This document shows, in pieces, positions 52,548-62,468 of a stretch of DNA of 64,000 bases. The stretch's first letter is position 1. Each line of letters begins with the position of its first letter. Both the position numbers and the translations under genes were made by a program. Below the pieces are notes generated by a model. The model ran no database searches. It saw nothing but the letters and a program-made list of their open reading frames with translations, and had not been told where the DNA came from. The stretch is taken from positions 6,744-70,743 of IMG/VR virus record IMGVR_UViG_3300035696_000037, one strand, 5' to 3'. The DNA comes from a virus. Taxonomy: Duplodnaviria > Caudoviricetes.

Positions 52548-54096
52548 ATCCGTATGTCTTCTCTACCTGAAATACAAAATTAAAATCCCACCTAAAGGGG
52601 TTTTGAGCATCTTGGTTCCAATTAAGGCTCTTAAAGTACCCCAGATAAGTCGTTCCCTTGAACTTCATCAAAACCGCCCCACGGCTCATGACGTCGTTCA
52701 TGCGACCGTTGAGCTGCGTGGCGGTGATGCCAAGCTCCGGGGACCATGCGTCGATGTCCACCTGCTCCTTTGCCTGCCCCTGCCCGGAGCCGCTTTCCGC
52801 CTCGAAGTCCTTGTTGTAGAACCACCGTATCCCGTTCATCTTGAACAGGGACAGGAACTCCACGAAGGCATCCTGTGCGGCCACGCGGAAGGGCTGATTG
52901 GAGGTTATGCCGAGGTCGGTGAGCATTTGGTTGAAGTCGGCTTGGCTGGATTGCACCGTTGCCCCCGCCACTGCCCCCGTGGACGCCTGTCCCCCAGCAT
53001 TGGCGTAGTCGACGTTTGCCATCTGCAAGTACTTGAAGCCCGCCGACAATGCTTGGATGACGTCCGCAGAAATTCCCGAGGTAGAGGTGCTGAAAAAATC
53101 GGTAAGGCCTGTCTGGTTCATGAACACACCGGTCGAGCAGCTTCCCTCAATCATGTCGGCCTGCATTCCCCACATCGTCACGTGCCACCCCGTGCGGCTC
53201 CGCTGGGGGGTGACAACGTGCCGTGAGTTGACGCTGAAGGTCTTCATGCTGGCATTGAGTTGCACCTGCAAATGCGGATACCGGTCGGCGGAGGTGGCGT
53301 CTACCGGGGACACCGGGAGGTAGACATCCTGGCGGTCGTGCAACATGACCTCGAACGTGACGGGCGTGACGGAGCCACGCACCTTGGGGTTTCCGGTGAC
53401 GAGGCCGGTATCGGCATACCATGGCGTATTGTCGAGGTTCGTGTTGATGATGGCATCCGGGAAAAGCGATTGGTAGCTGACGGTCGGCGAGGAAAGAAGC
53501 AGCGGGCTATAAGGGGTGGGAAGGTGGTTGAGTGGAACGTTGTTAAACCCATCCGAAGGCTGGTTTGACGGCGCAGCGCCGGGGACCTGCTGGACCGTGA
53601 CGGTCACGCCCGCTCTGGCACAGACGGAGTTCACGTAGTTGTTCACCGTTGGGAAATCGGTAGCCAAGGTTCCCGCCTGATAAGAGGCCAAGGCCTTGGT
53701 CCCCCCGTTATAATAGGCTAGTGCCCCACCAACGTCCTGGTTGCTTGCCACAAGGGCTTGGCTGAGAATCTGGGTGCCATACCATACGTTGGTGGAGGGG
53801 TCATACAGGTTGCTGAGCGGGTAGTTTGCCCCCGCCAAGCTGGCGATGGTGGCGGAGTTGATTTGCATCAACCCATAGTCCTGCGTGCCGTTGGCGTTGT
53901 TGGGGTTGTATGAATTGCTGTTGAAGGTGCCCCCAGTCTCTACGGATGCCACCGCAATGGCGAGGTTGGGGTCAACGTTGGTTCCATTGGCCGAGTTGTA
54001 TTGCTGAACCACCTGCGTGATGAGGGTGGTGGCCTGTCCTTGTCCTTGGATGGCTCCTTGCTGGAAAAAGGGGGGAGGGGTGGGTGGCTGTGGCAT
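52525..54096 (-). CDS. Tail-associated lytic transglycosylase (SLT domain) fused to a tube-initiator-like domain (523 aa)
   Basis: 'LAIAVASVETG...DYGLMQIN...DPSTNVWYGTQIL...ALAYYNGG' SLT motifs. Confidence 0.85.
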   Translation of the reverse strand: MPQPPTPPPFFQQGAIQGQGQATTLITQVVQQYNSANGTNVDPNLAIAVASVETGGTFNSNSYNPNNANGTQDYGLMQINSATIASLAGANYPLSNLYDPSTNVWYGTQILSQALVASNQDVGGALAYYNGGTKALASYQAGTLATDFPTVNNYVNSVCARAGVTVTVQQVPGAAPSNQPSDGFNNVPLNHLPTPYSPLLLSSPTVSYQSLFPDAIINTNLDNTPWYADTGLVTGNPKVRGSVTPVTFEVMLHDRQDVYLPVSPVDATSADRYPHLQVQLNASMKTFSVNSRHVVTPQRSRTGWHVTMWGMQADMIEGSCSTGVFMNQTGLTDFFSTSTSGISADVIQALSAGFKYLQMANVDYANAGGQASTGAVAGATVQSSQADFNQMLTDLGITSNQPFRVAAQDAFVEFLSLFKMNGIRWFYNKDFEAESGSGQGQAKEQVDIDAWSPELGITATQLNGRMNDVMSRGAVLMKFKGTTYLGYFKSLNWNQDAQNPFRWDFNFVFQVEKTYGFVFNPTG

Positions 54097-57000
54097 TACC
54101 TGCCTCCCGCAACAGCTGTTCTCCAGCGATAGGCGTCGGCGGCACTCGTGCTCACACCATTTTTGCTAAGGGCATTGAACGGGGCGCTTATGTTGGGAAA
54201 AATGGGGGAAGACGTCTCTCCCGCAGAACTTGGGAGCGCATTCTGCCCTCCGGCTACGGAGAAGCTCCCGACTTGGGTCGTGGTATTGATGCTGACATTG
54301 GGTGCCGCCGTCGCAGGCTCTTGGGTCGCCGTCCTGTCAATGTCTTTGGCTGCCGGAGTAGTGGCAATACCGCCCGGAGTAGTGGCAGGATGGTACAGAC
54401 CCTTATACTGCTCGGCTATGCCCCGCATGTACGTCTCGTCCTTCTTGAAGGCCTCCACATCGCTCTCCAAGGTTATCCTTCCACTGCCCTCTTGTACCCG
54501 CTTCTCCCCCTCCCTGATTGCCTCATCTATCTCACCGAGACCTTGTCGCTGTCTGAGCAACTGTTGACGGTGAGCCACGAGGACGGCCTTGGGAAGCTTG
54601 CCGGACGCCTCTTCGGAGGCAAGCTGTTCTTGGGCAAGCGTGATGTTCCTTTCCATGTTTTCTCTTTCGTCCCTGAGTTTGTCGAGGTCCGTTCGCAGGA
54701 TTCCTGGGTGTTCCGGGGTGCCGATTTCCGTTTCTATGCCCCTAATCTCCTCCCCCTTAGCATACCTGTTCCGGCCATGGAACAGATAGCTAAGACCATC
54801 GGCAATTTCGCTTACGACGCCGAATATCTTGTTGAAGAGGTACTCGAAGGCAGCAGCGAATATGTCAGCCGTACTACGGGTGCTTTGGGCAAGGTCCTTT
54901 TCCTTTGCCAATTCGGCTTGTTTGTTGACGGCATCGGCAAGCCCTTTAGCCATCTTTTGCATATTGGAACTTATGTCCGGCATATCGAGGAAGGCATCAA
55001 GGCTACCGGACAGCGTGTCCGCAAGCTTTCCGACATCCACGCCCTTTCCCTTCTTGCCGCCCGTGATAAACTCCTCGGCAGCCCTGCCCACCAAATCCCC
55101 CCGACCTAACGCCTTGGCAGCGCTCTCGTATTCCTCTACCGTCCCCCCGCCCTCTTTAAGGCGCTTGGCCTCCATGTCTGCCGCCAGTTTGATTGGACGC
55201 CATAGCTCCATCAATCCTTGAGGCGTAGTGCCAAGCGCTTGGGCTAACATCGTAACCTGTGCCCCCCTCGATGCTACGGTCCCTCCGGGATTCGCCATGA
55301 ACTCCCTGAATGCCCTATCCATGTTGCCCCCCCCAATGCCAGACTTGGCCAGCGTAAAGATAAGGGCTTGCAGGTTATCTATGCTTTTCTGGAAAAAATC
55401 CTGAGGGGGGACTTGAAAAGCATAGTTAACAGCCCCAGGACCATTGGGGTTGGTAAGGAGTTGCTGTGTCGAGGCAAGACGCCCAAGCCGAAACTCTTGC
55501 TCTTTGATGGCACCACCTACCGCCTCTTTGAGGACGGCAGAGGTATCTTCTGGGAGATTAGCGGACAGTTTGTTAGCTTCCGACAAGGCCTCGTATGCCT
55601 TGGTAACATCCGGTGATTCCAAGTTTCCCAGCCCCTTTATAACTTCCTCGCTGACCCCGGCGCTCCTTAGGGTCCTCCTGATTTCCTCCGCTCCTGCACG
55701 TACCTGCTCTTCCGCTTGGGGCTGGAGATGCCTACGAAACTCGGGGTTTTGTATCATCTGCATGGCAAGGAATGCCCTCTGTTCTGGGCCTTTTTCCGGG
55801 CCTATCATCGCCTTCATGGCGTCCTCTACCTCCTCGGCACTCATTGTTCCTGTATGCCCAAGGATGCGGAGGGTTCCCGTGACGCTTTCTATAGACCTCG
55901 CCATGTGGTCGAACCGGTCGCTCACGGTGTCTATTATCTGGATATATTTGGTGGTAGTTAGCCCGGCAGCTTGGGAATCCTTAATGACTCGCCGGAAGAA
56001 ATCATCGCTGGATTCCAAAGAACGGTGGTAGGCCGTCATGAGCTTGAGCACCTGTTCGGTGGTCTGCACCTCATCGAAACCAGCCAACTTGGCTATCCCA
56101 TATGCCGTATAACCTATTCCTCTGCCACGGGCGGCCTCCATACCCGCCCCACCGACGATATTCCTGCCTAAATCGTTATTGGATTTGGCGAGGTCGCTTA
56201 CGTTGATTCCAAACTTGGTTATGGCTTCGGCAATGGCGAGATTTTTGGTATATGTTACCCCTAAGGTACTGTACGGGCCAGGAGTCAGGTTGGCACGGAC
56301 ATTCTGGAAGGCATCCATGACCGTACGGTTGCCGCCAAAAATGCCCCCGGTCCCCAGTTTTCCGAGAATATCCTTGTTGCTCTCCGTCCACTTATCAAAA
56401 AGACTCTTCAACCCGTACACTGCGGCTCCTACTACGGGCATTGCCCAGCCTTCGGCAAGACCACCAAGTCCTCCAGCCGCCTGTTCCGCTATTCCGGTTA
56501 TGCGAGCGCCGCCGCCTGCCGCTACGGTCCCTAAGGCGGTAGCAGTGCCTTCCCCCAACTCTCCCCCTCCCGCCAAGTCGGCAGCCGCACCCCGGATGGC
56601 CCTAAACGTCGAGAGCAGCCCGGTGCGCTTGCCGCCGCCTAGCTGCTGGACCATTTCGCTCAAATCCCCTTTTTTGAGGCCCATGACCTGCTTGGCACGA
56701 CCTCTGAGAAGGGCCTTGGGACGTCTTTCCATGTTCCGAATGGCTTCTATATTCGGCCTTCCGCTTTCGTCCAAGGGAATCAGGTTGAGGAACTTGTTTA
56801 GAGGGTTGACACGGGTGGAAACCTTGGCCCTGAACGTGCGCTGGTTCTCTGCCATGCGCTCCTTTGACTCGAATGCAGTAAGAAGTCGTGCCCATACTCC
56901 CAACTTACCGGCATAACCCATGAGGCTCTCACGCATGACGCCCAAGGGTCCTTGCATCCTCCTCACCCTCTCAGTGACCCCTTCAATGCCTATAGCCACC

Positions 57001-57491
57001 CCTTGCATGGATTTAGCAAAAGTCGTGGCCATGTCCGGGTTGAGGGCACCTTTCAGGCTTCCGCCAGCATTCTTGGCTTCCTTGTCCACCTTACTCAGCA
57101 AATCCCGAATCACTCCCAAAACTTGAGCGGATTTGCGGTAGTTTCCGGTCCCAAAATCTGACCTTTCGTTGACCCTTTTAGCTATGGTATAGATTTCTTG
57201 AAGGTGCCTTTTCACCTGTTCGAGCGTTCTATTATCGAAGAATCCCCCCCTTGTCCTACTGATGAGCCGAACGATGTCTGACAAATCACCCTTCGCAGAC
57301 TCCAAATGGTTGACCGTTTTTTGGACACTGGTGTGGAGGTCCCCGAACTTATCCGTGACTTGGGTCGCCGTCTCCAAGAATGCCTTTTCCTTCTCAACAA
57401 GCATGTCCATGGTCGCGGCCATGACGGTCGAAACCCTGTTCAGATTGTTGAGCGTTTCCTGAAGAATCCTTGGGTCTAGGGTATCTGCCAT
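54096..57491 (-). CDS. Tape measure protein (1131 aa)
   Basis: Long, helical, Ala/Gly-rich protein between chaperone-like genes and baseplate hub genes. Confidence 0.75.
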   Translation of the reverse strand: MADTLDPRILQETLNNLNRVSTVMAATMDMLVEKEKAFLETATQVTDKFGDLHTSVQKTVNHLESAKGDLSDIVRLISRTRGGFFDNRTLEQVKRHLQEIYTIAKRVNERSDFGTGNYRKSAQVLGVIRDLLSKVDKEAKNAGGSLKGALNPDMATTFAKSMQGVAIGIEGVTERVRRMQGPLGVMRESLMGYAGKLGVWARLLTAFESKERMAENQRTFRAKVSTRVNPLNKFLNLIPLDESGRPNIEAIRNMERRPKALLRGRAKQVMGLKKGDLSEMVQQLGGGKRTGLLSTFRAIRGAAADLAGGGELGEGTATALGTVAAGGGARITGIAEQAAGGLGGLAEGWAMPVVGAAVYGLKSLFDKWTESNKDILGKLGTGGIFGGNRTVMDAFQNVRANLTPGPYSTLGVTYTKNLAIAEAITKFGINVSDLAKSNNDLGRNIVGGAGMEAARGRGIGYTAYGIAKLAGFDEVQTTEQVLKLMTAYHRSLESSDDFFRRVIKDSQAAGLTTTKYIQIIDTVSDRFDHMARSIESVTGTLRILGHTGTMSAEEVEDAMKAMIGPEKGPEQRAFLAMQMIQNPEFRRHLQPQAEEQVRAGAEEIRRTLRSAGVSEEVIKGLGNLESPDVTKAYEALSEANKLSANLPEDTSAVLKEAVGGAIKEQEFRLGRLASTQQLLTNPNGPGAVNYAFQVPPQDFFQKSIDNLQALIFTLAKSGIGGGNMDRAFREFMANPGGTVASRGAQVTMLAQALGTTPQGLMELWRPIKLAADMEAKRLKEGGGTVEEYESAAKALGRGDLVGRAAEEFITGGKKGKGVDVGKLADTLSGSLDAFLDMPDISSNMQKMAKGLADAVNKQAELAKEKDLAQSTRSTADIFAAAFEYLFNKIFGVVSEIADGLSYLFHGRNRYAKGEEIRGIETEIGTPEHPGILRTDLDKLRDERENMERNITLAQEQLASEEASGKLPKAVLVAHRQQLLRQRQGLGEIDEAIREGEKRVQEGSGRITLESDVEAFKKDETYMRGIAEQYKGLYHPATTPGGIATTPAAKDIDRTATQEPATAAPNVSINTTTQVGSFSVAGGQNALPSSAGETSSPIFPNISAPFNALSKNGVSTSAADAYRWRTAVAGGR

Positions 57492-57494
57492 TCA

Positions 57495-58145
57495 CTATTC
57501 CTTTTTCAAACTTTCGACTGCTGGCATGCCAAGCTTTGCCCTTTCCTCGGGGTCAAGCTCCTCGTCCAAGACTTTGGCGACCGTATCCTCGATGACCTCC
57601 CTATTAGCATCCCGAATCTCCTTGAGAGCCGTCTCGCTAAACCGCTGCTCTACCTCGGTCATCAGCGTGCTGTCGGGAAAGTCCTTCCGCATGCGTTTCT
57701 CAATCTTATCCGAATGGACCATGAGAATCTTCCAGAGGGTCTGGAGGACCTCCTGACCCCAACTGAGAAGGATATTGCGGAGAACTATTTGAATGTCCGC
57801 CCTTGCCCCATCCTTGGACGTAGGGTCAACCACCACCCTTTGCTCTTCGGTAAGCCCTCGGATATCAATCTCGTTGACCCAAGTAATAGCACGGGAAAGA
57901 ATCTCGCACCGGATGCGTTGAATCCAAGCATATCCCTTGAACTCCTCAGCGGCCAATAGCGCCTTCATCTCGCTGTCGGTCGGAATGTTGGAGATGCGAA
58001 GACCTACCTTCTTCCCAGATGCTTTGAAGTTGAGGATTTCTTCCACCTCTTCGATTCCGAACCCCTTCATACCAAGGATAACCTCGTCAAGGGATTTCGG
58101 GGTGTCGGTCCGTGCTTCCAACTCCTTTGTTTCTTCTACGTCCAT
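57495..58145 (-). CDS. Putative tail assembly chaperone (216 aa)
   Basis: Immediately upstream of the tape measure gene; acidic, helical; GGAGG RBS. Confidence 0.5.
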   Translation of the reverse strand: MDVEETKELEARTDTPKSLDEVILGMKGFGIEEVEEILNFKASGKKVGLRISNIPTDSEMKALLAAEEFKGYAWIQRIRCEILSRAITWVNEIDIRGLTEEQRVVVDPTSKDGARADIQIVLRNILLSWGQEVLQTLWKILMVHSDKIEKRMRKDFPDSTLMTEVEQRFSETALKEIRDANREVIEDTVAKVLDEELDPEERAKLGMPAVESLKKE

Positions 58146-58224
58146 AAAGCCTCCTAATAAGCTGGCTGACAGTCAGTTATGTTAGGATTGCTCACTTTAC
58201 CCGGAAATCCCCCCCTCACCGATG

Positions 58225-58230
58225 TATACT
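58225..58230 (+). promoter_or_regulatory. Putative extended -10 (TG-TATACT) for the antisense membrane gene
   Basis: ATGTATACTAT upstream of the plus-strand ORF. Confidence 0.45.
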
Positions 58231-58249
58231 ATAAGCGAAGGGCAAAGCA

Positions 58250-58564
58250 GTGCCCACCAAAGGAGGGGCCATGGCTTGGAAAAACGGGAAGGGAGACCAA
58301 GAAAGGGGTGTCTTGTTTAGGCCGCTGACGTTTGAGGGCCTGTTCAAAATCTTGGGAAAGGTGGGCTTAGCCGTACTGGTAACGGTCTGCGTTATGGTAT
58401 TCCCGTTTCCCTTGGGAATCTACATCCTTCTTACCATATCTGTCATAGTCCTAGGCTTTCTCTACGACCCTTGGGGGTTCATCAAAGGGATAGTCGGTGC
58501 TATATTTGCCACAGTTGCAATCGTTACAGGCTTTATAGGGCTGCTTTACCTCATATCCTCATGA
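58250..58564 (+). CDS. Small multi-TM membrane protein on the opposite strand (moron-like)
   Basis: Three hydrophobic segments; own -10 and AGGAGG RBS before ATG 58271; lower GC. Confidence 0.65.
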   Translation: MPTKGGAMAWKNGKGDQERGVLFRPLTFEGLFKILGKVGLAVLVTVCVMVFPFPLGIYILLTISVIVLGFLYDPWGFIKGIVGAIFATVAIVTGFIGLLYLISS

Positions 58565-58574
58565 CGAATCTACC

Positions 58575-59642
58575 TTATTGATACCTCTTGAGCTTTTCCT
58601 GAACACTGACGGCGGACCCTCCCTCCGCCTTCTGCCGGTCCACGGGGGGCGCAACTATGCGCCCCCTCGTTAGCTCTGCCTCCCTCTTCCGCATCTCGTC
58701 CTCGGTCAGGATGGTGATTGTCTCCTCATGGATTCCCGGTCCGCCACGGCCCGTCACGATGCGCTCGATGTCCTTCTTCCGCTTCTCTGCCGCCGCAATC
58801 TGCTGCTTCTCGAACTCCGCCATGAGGCGCTCGTGCCGGTCGTTGCCGAGCATGCTCATGAGTTCCTTGTACGCCCCCTCCTTCGTCTCCATGTTCTCGA
58901 TGTGCGCCCATCCGTCATCGAGGCTCTTGTCCGGGGCGACTTTGACGACCGATTCCCACGGTTCCAGATTGTTGACCTCAAGGCTCTTGGTAGCCGCCCG
59001 AAGGTTCGAGGCTATGCCATCTACGGATTTCCCCGCCCACGGACGCATGATGAGCACGGCGTTCCATGACTCATCGAGGCGCTTCTTCGCTTGTTCCCGA
59101 TAGGTACATAGGGATGCCCACAGCCGGGCATGGTCGGGTGGAAGAAGGATGGTCATCCTCTTCCCGTCCGGCATCGTTACCGCCTTGTTCTCGAAGGAAC
59201 AGTGTACTGTCCCCCCACCATGCCAAAGGTTCTCGGATTCTCTCGTGGTGGAAAAAGCCATCAAATATGGAAAAAGCGAGGCGTCCCTGTCTCCCATGGC
59301 CAACGCCAGCTTGATTAGCTTGTTGACCTCCATGATAGACATGCGGCTGACCTCGTCCTCGGTAAGGGATGTGGTGAGGAGCAGGCAGCGCAGGATGAAG
59401 TCGAACTCATCGGGAAGCCATCTCCTTAGCATCCTTCTCTCCGTGTCGTGAAGCCCCCGGACCCACCCGACGTTCTTCCCGTCAGCCAGCAGTGGCCGTA
59501 TCCTCGCCCCGATGCGGATAAGCTCCTCGCAGGCGGAGGACACCTCGGTCATGACCTCCTTCACGCGCTTGGTGGGGACGCGCTTGGCTATCCCTTCGCC
59601 GAGGCGTAGGGCAAGCTCTGCCCCATAGGTCAGCTTGGACAT
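58575..59642 (-). CDS. Hypothetical protein (355 aa), possibly tail-assembly-chaperone related
   Basis: Position in chaperone cluster; contains the DDGWAHIEN...NDRHER segment duplicated at 23347-23571. Confidence 0.6.
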   Translation of the reverse strand: MSKLTYGAELALRLGEGIAKRVPTKRVKEVMTEVSSACEELIRIGARIRPLLADGKNVGWVRGLHDTERRMLRRWLPDEFDFILRCLLLTTSLTEDEVSRMSIMEVNKLIKLALAMGDRDASLFPYLMAFSTTRESENLWHGGGTVHCSFENKAVTMPDGKRMTILLPPDHARLWASLCTYREQAKKRLDESWNAVLIMRPWAGKSVDGIASNLRAATKSLEVNNLEPWESVVKVAPDKSLDDGWAHIENMETKEGAYKELMSMLGNDRHERLMAEFEKQQIAAAEKRKKDIERIVTGRGGPGIHEETITILTEDEMRKREAELTRGRIVAPPVDRQKAEGGSAVSVQEKLKRYQ

Positions 59643-59643
59643 G

Positions 59644-60168
59644 CTATTGGCGGGCACCCTTGCCTCCTTCCGGGGTTGCCGGTGCAAACTTGCTCCCACC
59701 CCTCCGGGCCGCCTCCAACACCCTGCGGCTCAAGTCCGCCTCCTCGGCGACCTCCTGCTTCCCATACCTGCTCTCCATCTCCCGGATGGCGCGGTCATGG
59801 AGGCTGTCCTCCAGCATATCTTCCTCGGCTATGTGGTATTGGCGGACGGAGGGCTCGGGCGCTTGGTAAAGCTCGGTGGTCGTGAACATGCGGGAGGGGG
59901 GAAGGGAGCCCCGATAGACCTTCCAAACCCTGGCGACGATGGCCTCGGGTATGGACGAAACGACCTCTTCGGATTTTTCCAACGATGGGGGAATAAGCCC
60001 GGACACGTCATGCAGGGCTTGGGACAGGAATTGCCGGACGGGGTCCTTCTTCTTGTCCCTGTCCCTCCTCATGGCAAGCTCCTCCCGCCACGACAGGCGG
60101 CGGAACCGGAATTTGTACCTGAGCAGGGTCACGTCAATGAGCCCCTGCACATTGTCGCTTTCGGCCAT
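59644..60168 (-). CDS. Putative tail assembly chaperone-like protein (174 aa)
   Basis: 'KFRFRRLSWREEL...FLSQALHDVSG' chaperone-like pattern; GGAGG RBS 7 nt upstream. Confidence 0.45.
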   Translation of the reverse strand: MAESDNVQGLIDVTLLRYKFRFRRLSWREELAMRRDRDKKKDPVRQFLSQALHDVSGLIPPSLEKSEEVVSSIPEAIVARVWKVYRGSLPPSRMFTTTELYQAPEPSVRQYHIAEEDMLEDSLHDRAIREMESRYGKQEVAEEADLSRRVLEAARRGGSKFAPATPEGGKGARQ

Positions 60169-60196
60169 ACACATGCCTCCGAAAGCCTTGTTTTCG

Positions 60197-60224
60197 AGAA
60201 TCGCCGCTACGGATGGTATTAAAT
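60197..60224 (+). promoter_or_regulatory. Putative promoter for replication genes (AGAATC-14 nt-TATTAA)
   Basis: Same AGAATCGCC box and spacing as the promoter at 14210-14235. Confidence 0.45.
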
Positions 60225-60271
60225 GTCATGCATGTTTTCCCCACCCCTCAGTCTAAACGAAAGGCTTCCTG

Positions 60272-61864
60272 ATGTATCTGACGACGCTTGCCAAGCGCCT
60301 GCTCTCGAACAACGAACACCAGCTTGTCTCGGAGTTCAGGCCGCAACTCGAATGGATGACGGCAGTCATACCGGACTTGTCCCGGATAGACTCCAACGAA
60401 AAGGTCACGGGGACTACCCTGAGGCAGATTCTCGCCTACGACAAGAGCTACGGCCACACCCCCACCATCGAGGCTACGGACGACTGGGCGTTCGCCTCCC
60501 CCGAGGGCGAGCCGCTGGACGAGGCGGAACGGGCCGTCCTCAAGGACGACCTCAAGGACTTGAGGGAGTTGGACGACTCGGACCCGGCCTACAAGGAAAT
60601 CAAGGACCTCGACATATACGTCTTGGCGGACAAGGCGTTCCAGCGCATCCGGGGGTCCGTGGTATCGTCCTTTGCCTCGAAGTTTGCCAAGATATCGCTG
60701 TTCAAGGAACCCTACGAGCCCATGAAGGGCACCAAGCTGTACGGACCGGACGCCGCAATGGCCTACCTGACGGACAGGATACGCAACAACGACTTCCAGC
60801 CCATCAAGCGCCCCGCATCCGGCCCCTTGCACCTCCATGCGGAGAAGGTGGGAGACTACCTCGCAAGGCTCGCGGGCGGCACCGGCGCAGACTCGCACAT
60901 GCCTTTAGGCTATTACCACATCGACGAACGGGTGACGGTAGACAAGCTGGATGGCGGATTCGTCGGCATCATCGGGGAGGCAAAGAGGGGCAAGACAACC
61001 CTCCTGAATTCCATCATATACAACTGGGTGATGGCGGGGAAGAACGTGCTTTACGTGTCGCTCGAACATGGCTTCGAGAACCTTGGTGCCACGTTCGTGA
61101 TAATGCACAGCGAGAAGGTCGCCACGGAGTTGGGCGAAGATTACCGCCTGCCGTCCCTCGAAGACTTCAAGGCACGATTGGCTGACGACAAGGATAGGGC
61201 GGCTGCGGAAAGCATCTGGGGCGGCATTAAGTGCAGGAGCTACTTCCCCGGCATCCTCGACATCCAGTCGATACGCTCTTGGGAGGGAATCAAATCCCAC
61301 CTGCTCACCAATGATTGCAGGTGGAACTATGATGCGCTGGTGGTGGATTACCTGCGCAGGCTTGACTTGCCCACGAAACCGGGGGAGCGCGATGCCGCCA
61401 TGGCGGCCATCATCCACGATGCCCAATCGCTTAGCCGCACCTTCATGGGCCGTGGGCTCGTCATCCTGACGCCCATCGAGGTCAACCGCGAGGCCAGCAG
61501 GGAAGCCAGCGAGAGCGGGGTGGAGGCGGAACTGGAAAAGCGCTGGAGCGTCAACAGCATCAGGCAGGACACCGCCTTCCAATACACCTTGGACTTGTGC
61601 CTCGGGGTCTGGTCGGACGACAACATGAAGGAGGAGAGCAAGCTTGAGGTCGAGGGGGTCTTCACCCGTGCGGGCAAGCCGCCCCTGCGCAAGCTGATGT
61701 ATCTAGACGAACGCACCAAGTACATCGACTACCACCCCATAACGAAGGCACGCTACAAGAGAGAAGAGCCGCCCGTCCCCGAGTGGGCAAGGCAAAAAAG
61801 CGAGCAGACAACGGAACACGTCGATGACCTATGGGAAGACAAAGAGCAAATAAATTCCCGCTGA
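60272..61864 (+). CDS. dnaB: DnaB-like (superfamily 4) replicative helicase
   Basis: 'GFVGIIGEAKRGKTT', 'NVLYVSLE', 'LVVDYL', 'VILTPIEVNR' helicase motifs. Confidence 0.82.
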   Translation: MYLTTLAKRLLSNNEHQLVSEFRPQLEWMTAVIPDLSRIDSNEKVTGTTLRQILAYDKSYGHTPTIEATDDWAFASPEGEPLDEAERAVLKDDLKDLRELDDSDPAYKEIKDLDIYVLADKAFQRIRGSVVSSFASKFAKISLFKEPYEPMKGTKLYGPDAAMAYLTDRIRNNDFQPIKRPASGPLHLHAEKVGDYLARLAGGTGADSHMPLGYYHIDERVTVDKLDGGFVGIIGEAKRGKTTLLNSIIYNWVMAGKNVLYVSLEHGFENLGATFVIMHSEKVATELGEDYRLPSLEDFKARLADDKDRAAAESIWGGIKCRSYFPGILDIQSIRSWEGIKSHLLTNDCRWNYDALVVDYLRRLDLPTKPGERDAAMAAIIHDAQSLSRTFMGRGLVILTPIEVNREASREASESGVEAELEKRWSVNSIRQDTAFQYTLDLCLGVWSDDNMKEESKLEVEGVFTRAGKPPLRKLMYLDERTKYIDYHPITKARYKREEPPVPEWARQKSEQTTEHVDDLWEDKEQINSR

Positions 61865-61931
61865 TTGCCCATCATCCGGTCCAAAGGCAGTAATATCCCT
61901 CATGCAGAAAAGTTACAAGGAAGGGGTAACA

Positions 61932-62468
61932 ATGGCGAAGAAGGACACGGAGAAGAAACGGGGAAGCAGGATTCCTGGGTTCACGGTAACCCGCAGGACT
62001 TGGGTCAAGCTGTACTGTCAGGAATGGATTAACGGGACGGTGAGGTTCCAACTGAGCCCCGAACAACGGGCCGTCCTGACGGACCTACTCGCCATGGCGG
62101 GCAACTCACGCCACCCCGGCGTAATCGCTGCCGGACAGACCAACGGGAAGTATACCCCTTACCCCACCGCATGGCTGGCGGCAACCCTGAATTACGACCA
62201 GGATAGTTTCTGTGAAAGCCTTCGTATCCTCGAAGAACAAGGCAGGATTAAAATCGAGGATGACATCATCACGATAGTCAACTGGAGCAAGTACCAGAGC
62301 GAGTATCAGCGGCAACTTCCTTACAGGAAAGGTCTTACGAGCAAAGTGACAAAAAAGTTACCAGTAGAGGTAGAGGTAGAAGGAGAAGGAGAGAAGAAGG
62401 AGAACGCTTCGTCGGCTTCGCCTTTTGATGCTTCTACTGGCGACTATGGGATTGAGGAGTTGGGATGA
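61932..62468 (+). CDS. Phage replisome-organiser/replication-initiator-like protein (178 aa)
   Basis: 'WVKLY...W...L..LA......G...Y....LA...G.I.....I.I.NW.KYQ' winged-helix pattern; GAAGGGG RBS. Confidence 0.7.
   Translation: MAKKDTEKKRGSRIPGFTVTRRTWVKLYCQEWINGTVRFQLSPEQRAVLTDLLAMAGNSRHPGVIAAGQTNGKYTPYPTAWLAATLNYDQDSFCESLRILEEQGRIKIEDDIITIVNWSKYQSEYQRQLPYRKGLTSKVTKKLPVEVEVEGEGEKKENASSASPFDASTGDYGIEELG

Noticed and set aside
52575-52608. Terminator-like hairpin AAAACCCC...GGGATTTTAATTTT
   Set aside because: It lies inside the conserved C-terminal coding sequence (QNPFRWDFNF) of the SLT gene; probably incidental.
21691-54084. Many long plus-strand ORFs (e.g. 26789-28735, 31079-33058, 34088-36811, 39388-40674) and alternate-frame minus ORFs
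   Set aside because: Antisense or shadow frames of GC-rich genes, with low-complexity Arg/Gly/Ala-rich translations and no motifs.
59600-59700. Programmed frameshift joining the two chaperone-like genes (G/GT-type)
   Set aside because: The downstream frame is open across the junction, but I found no XXXYYYZ slippery heptamer, and the second gene has its own ATG right after the stop.
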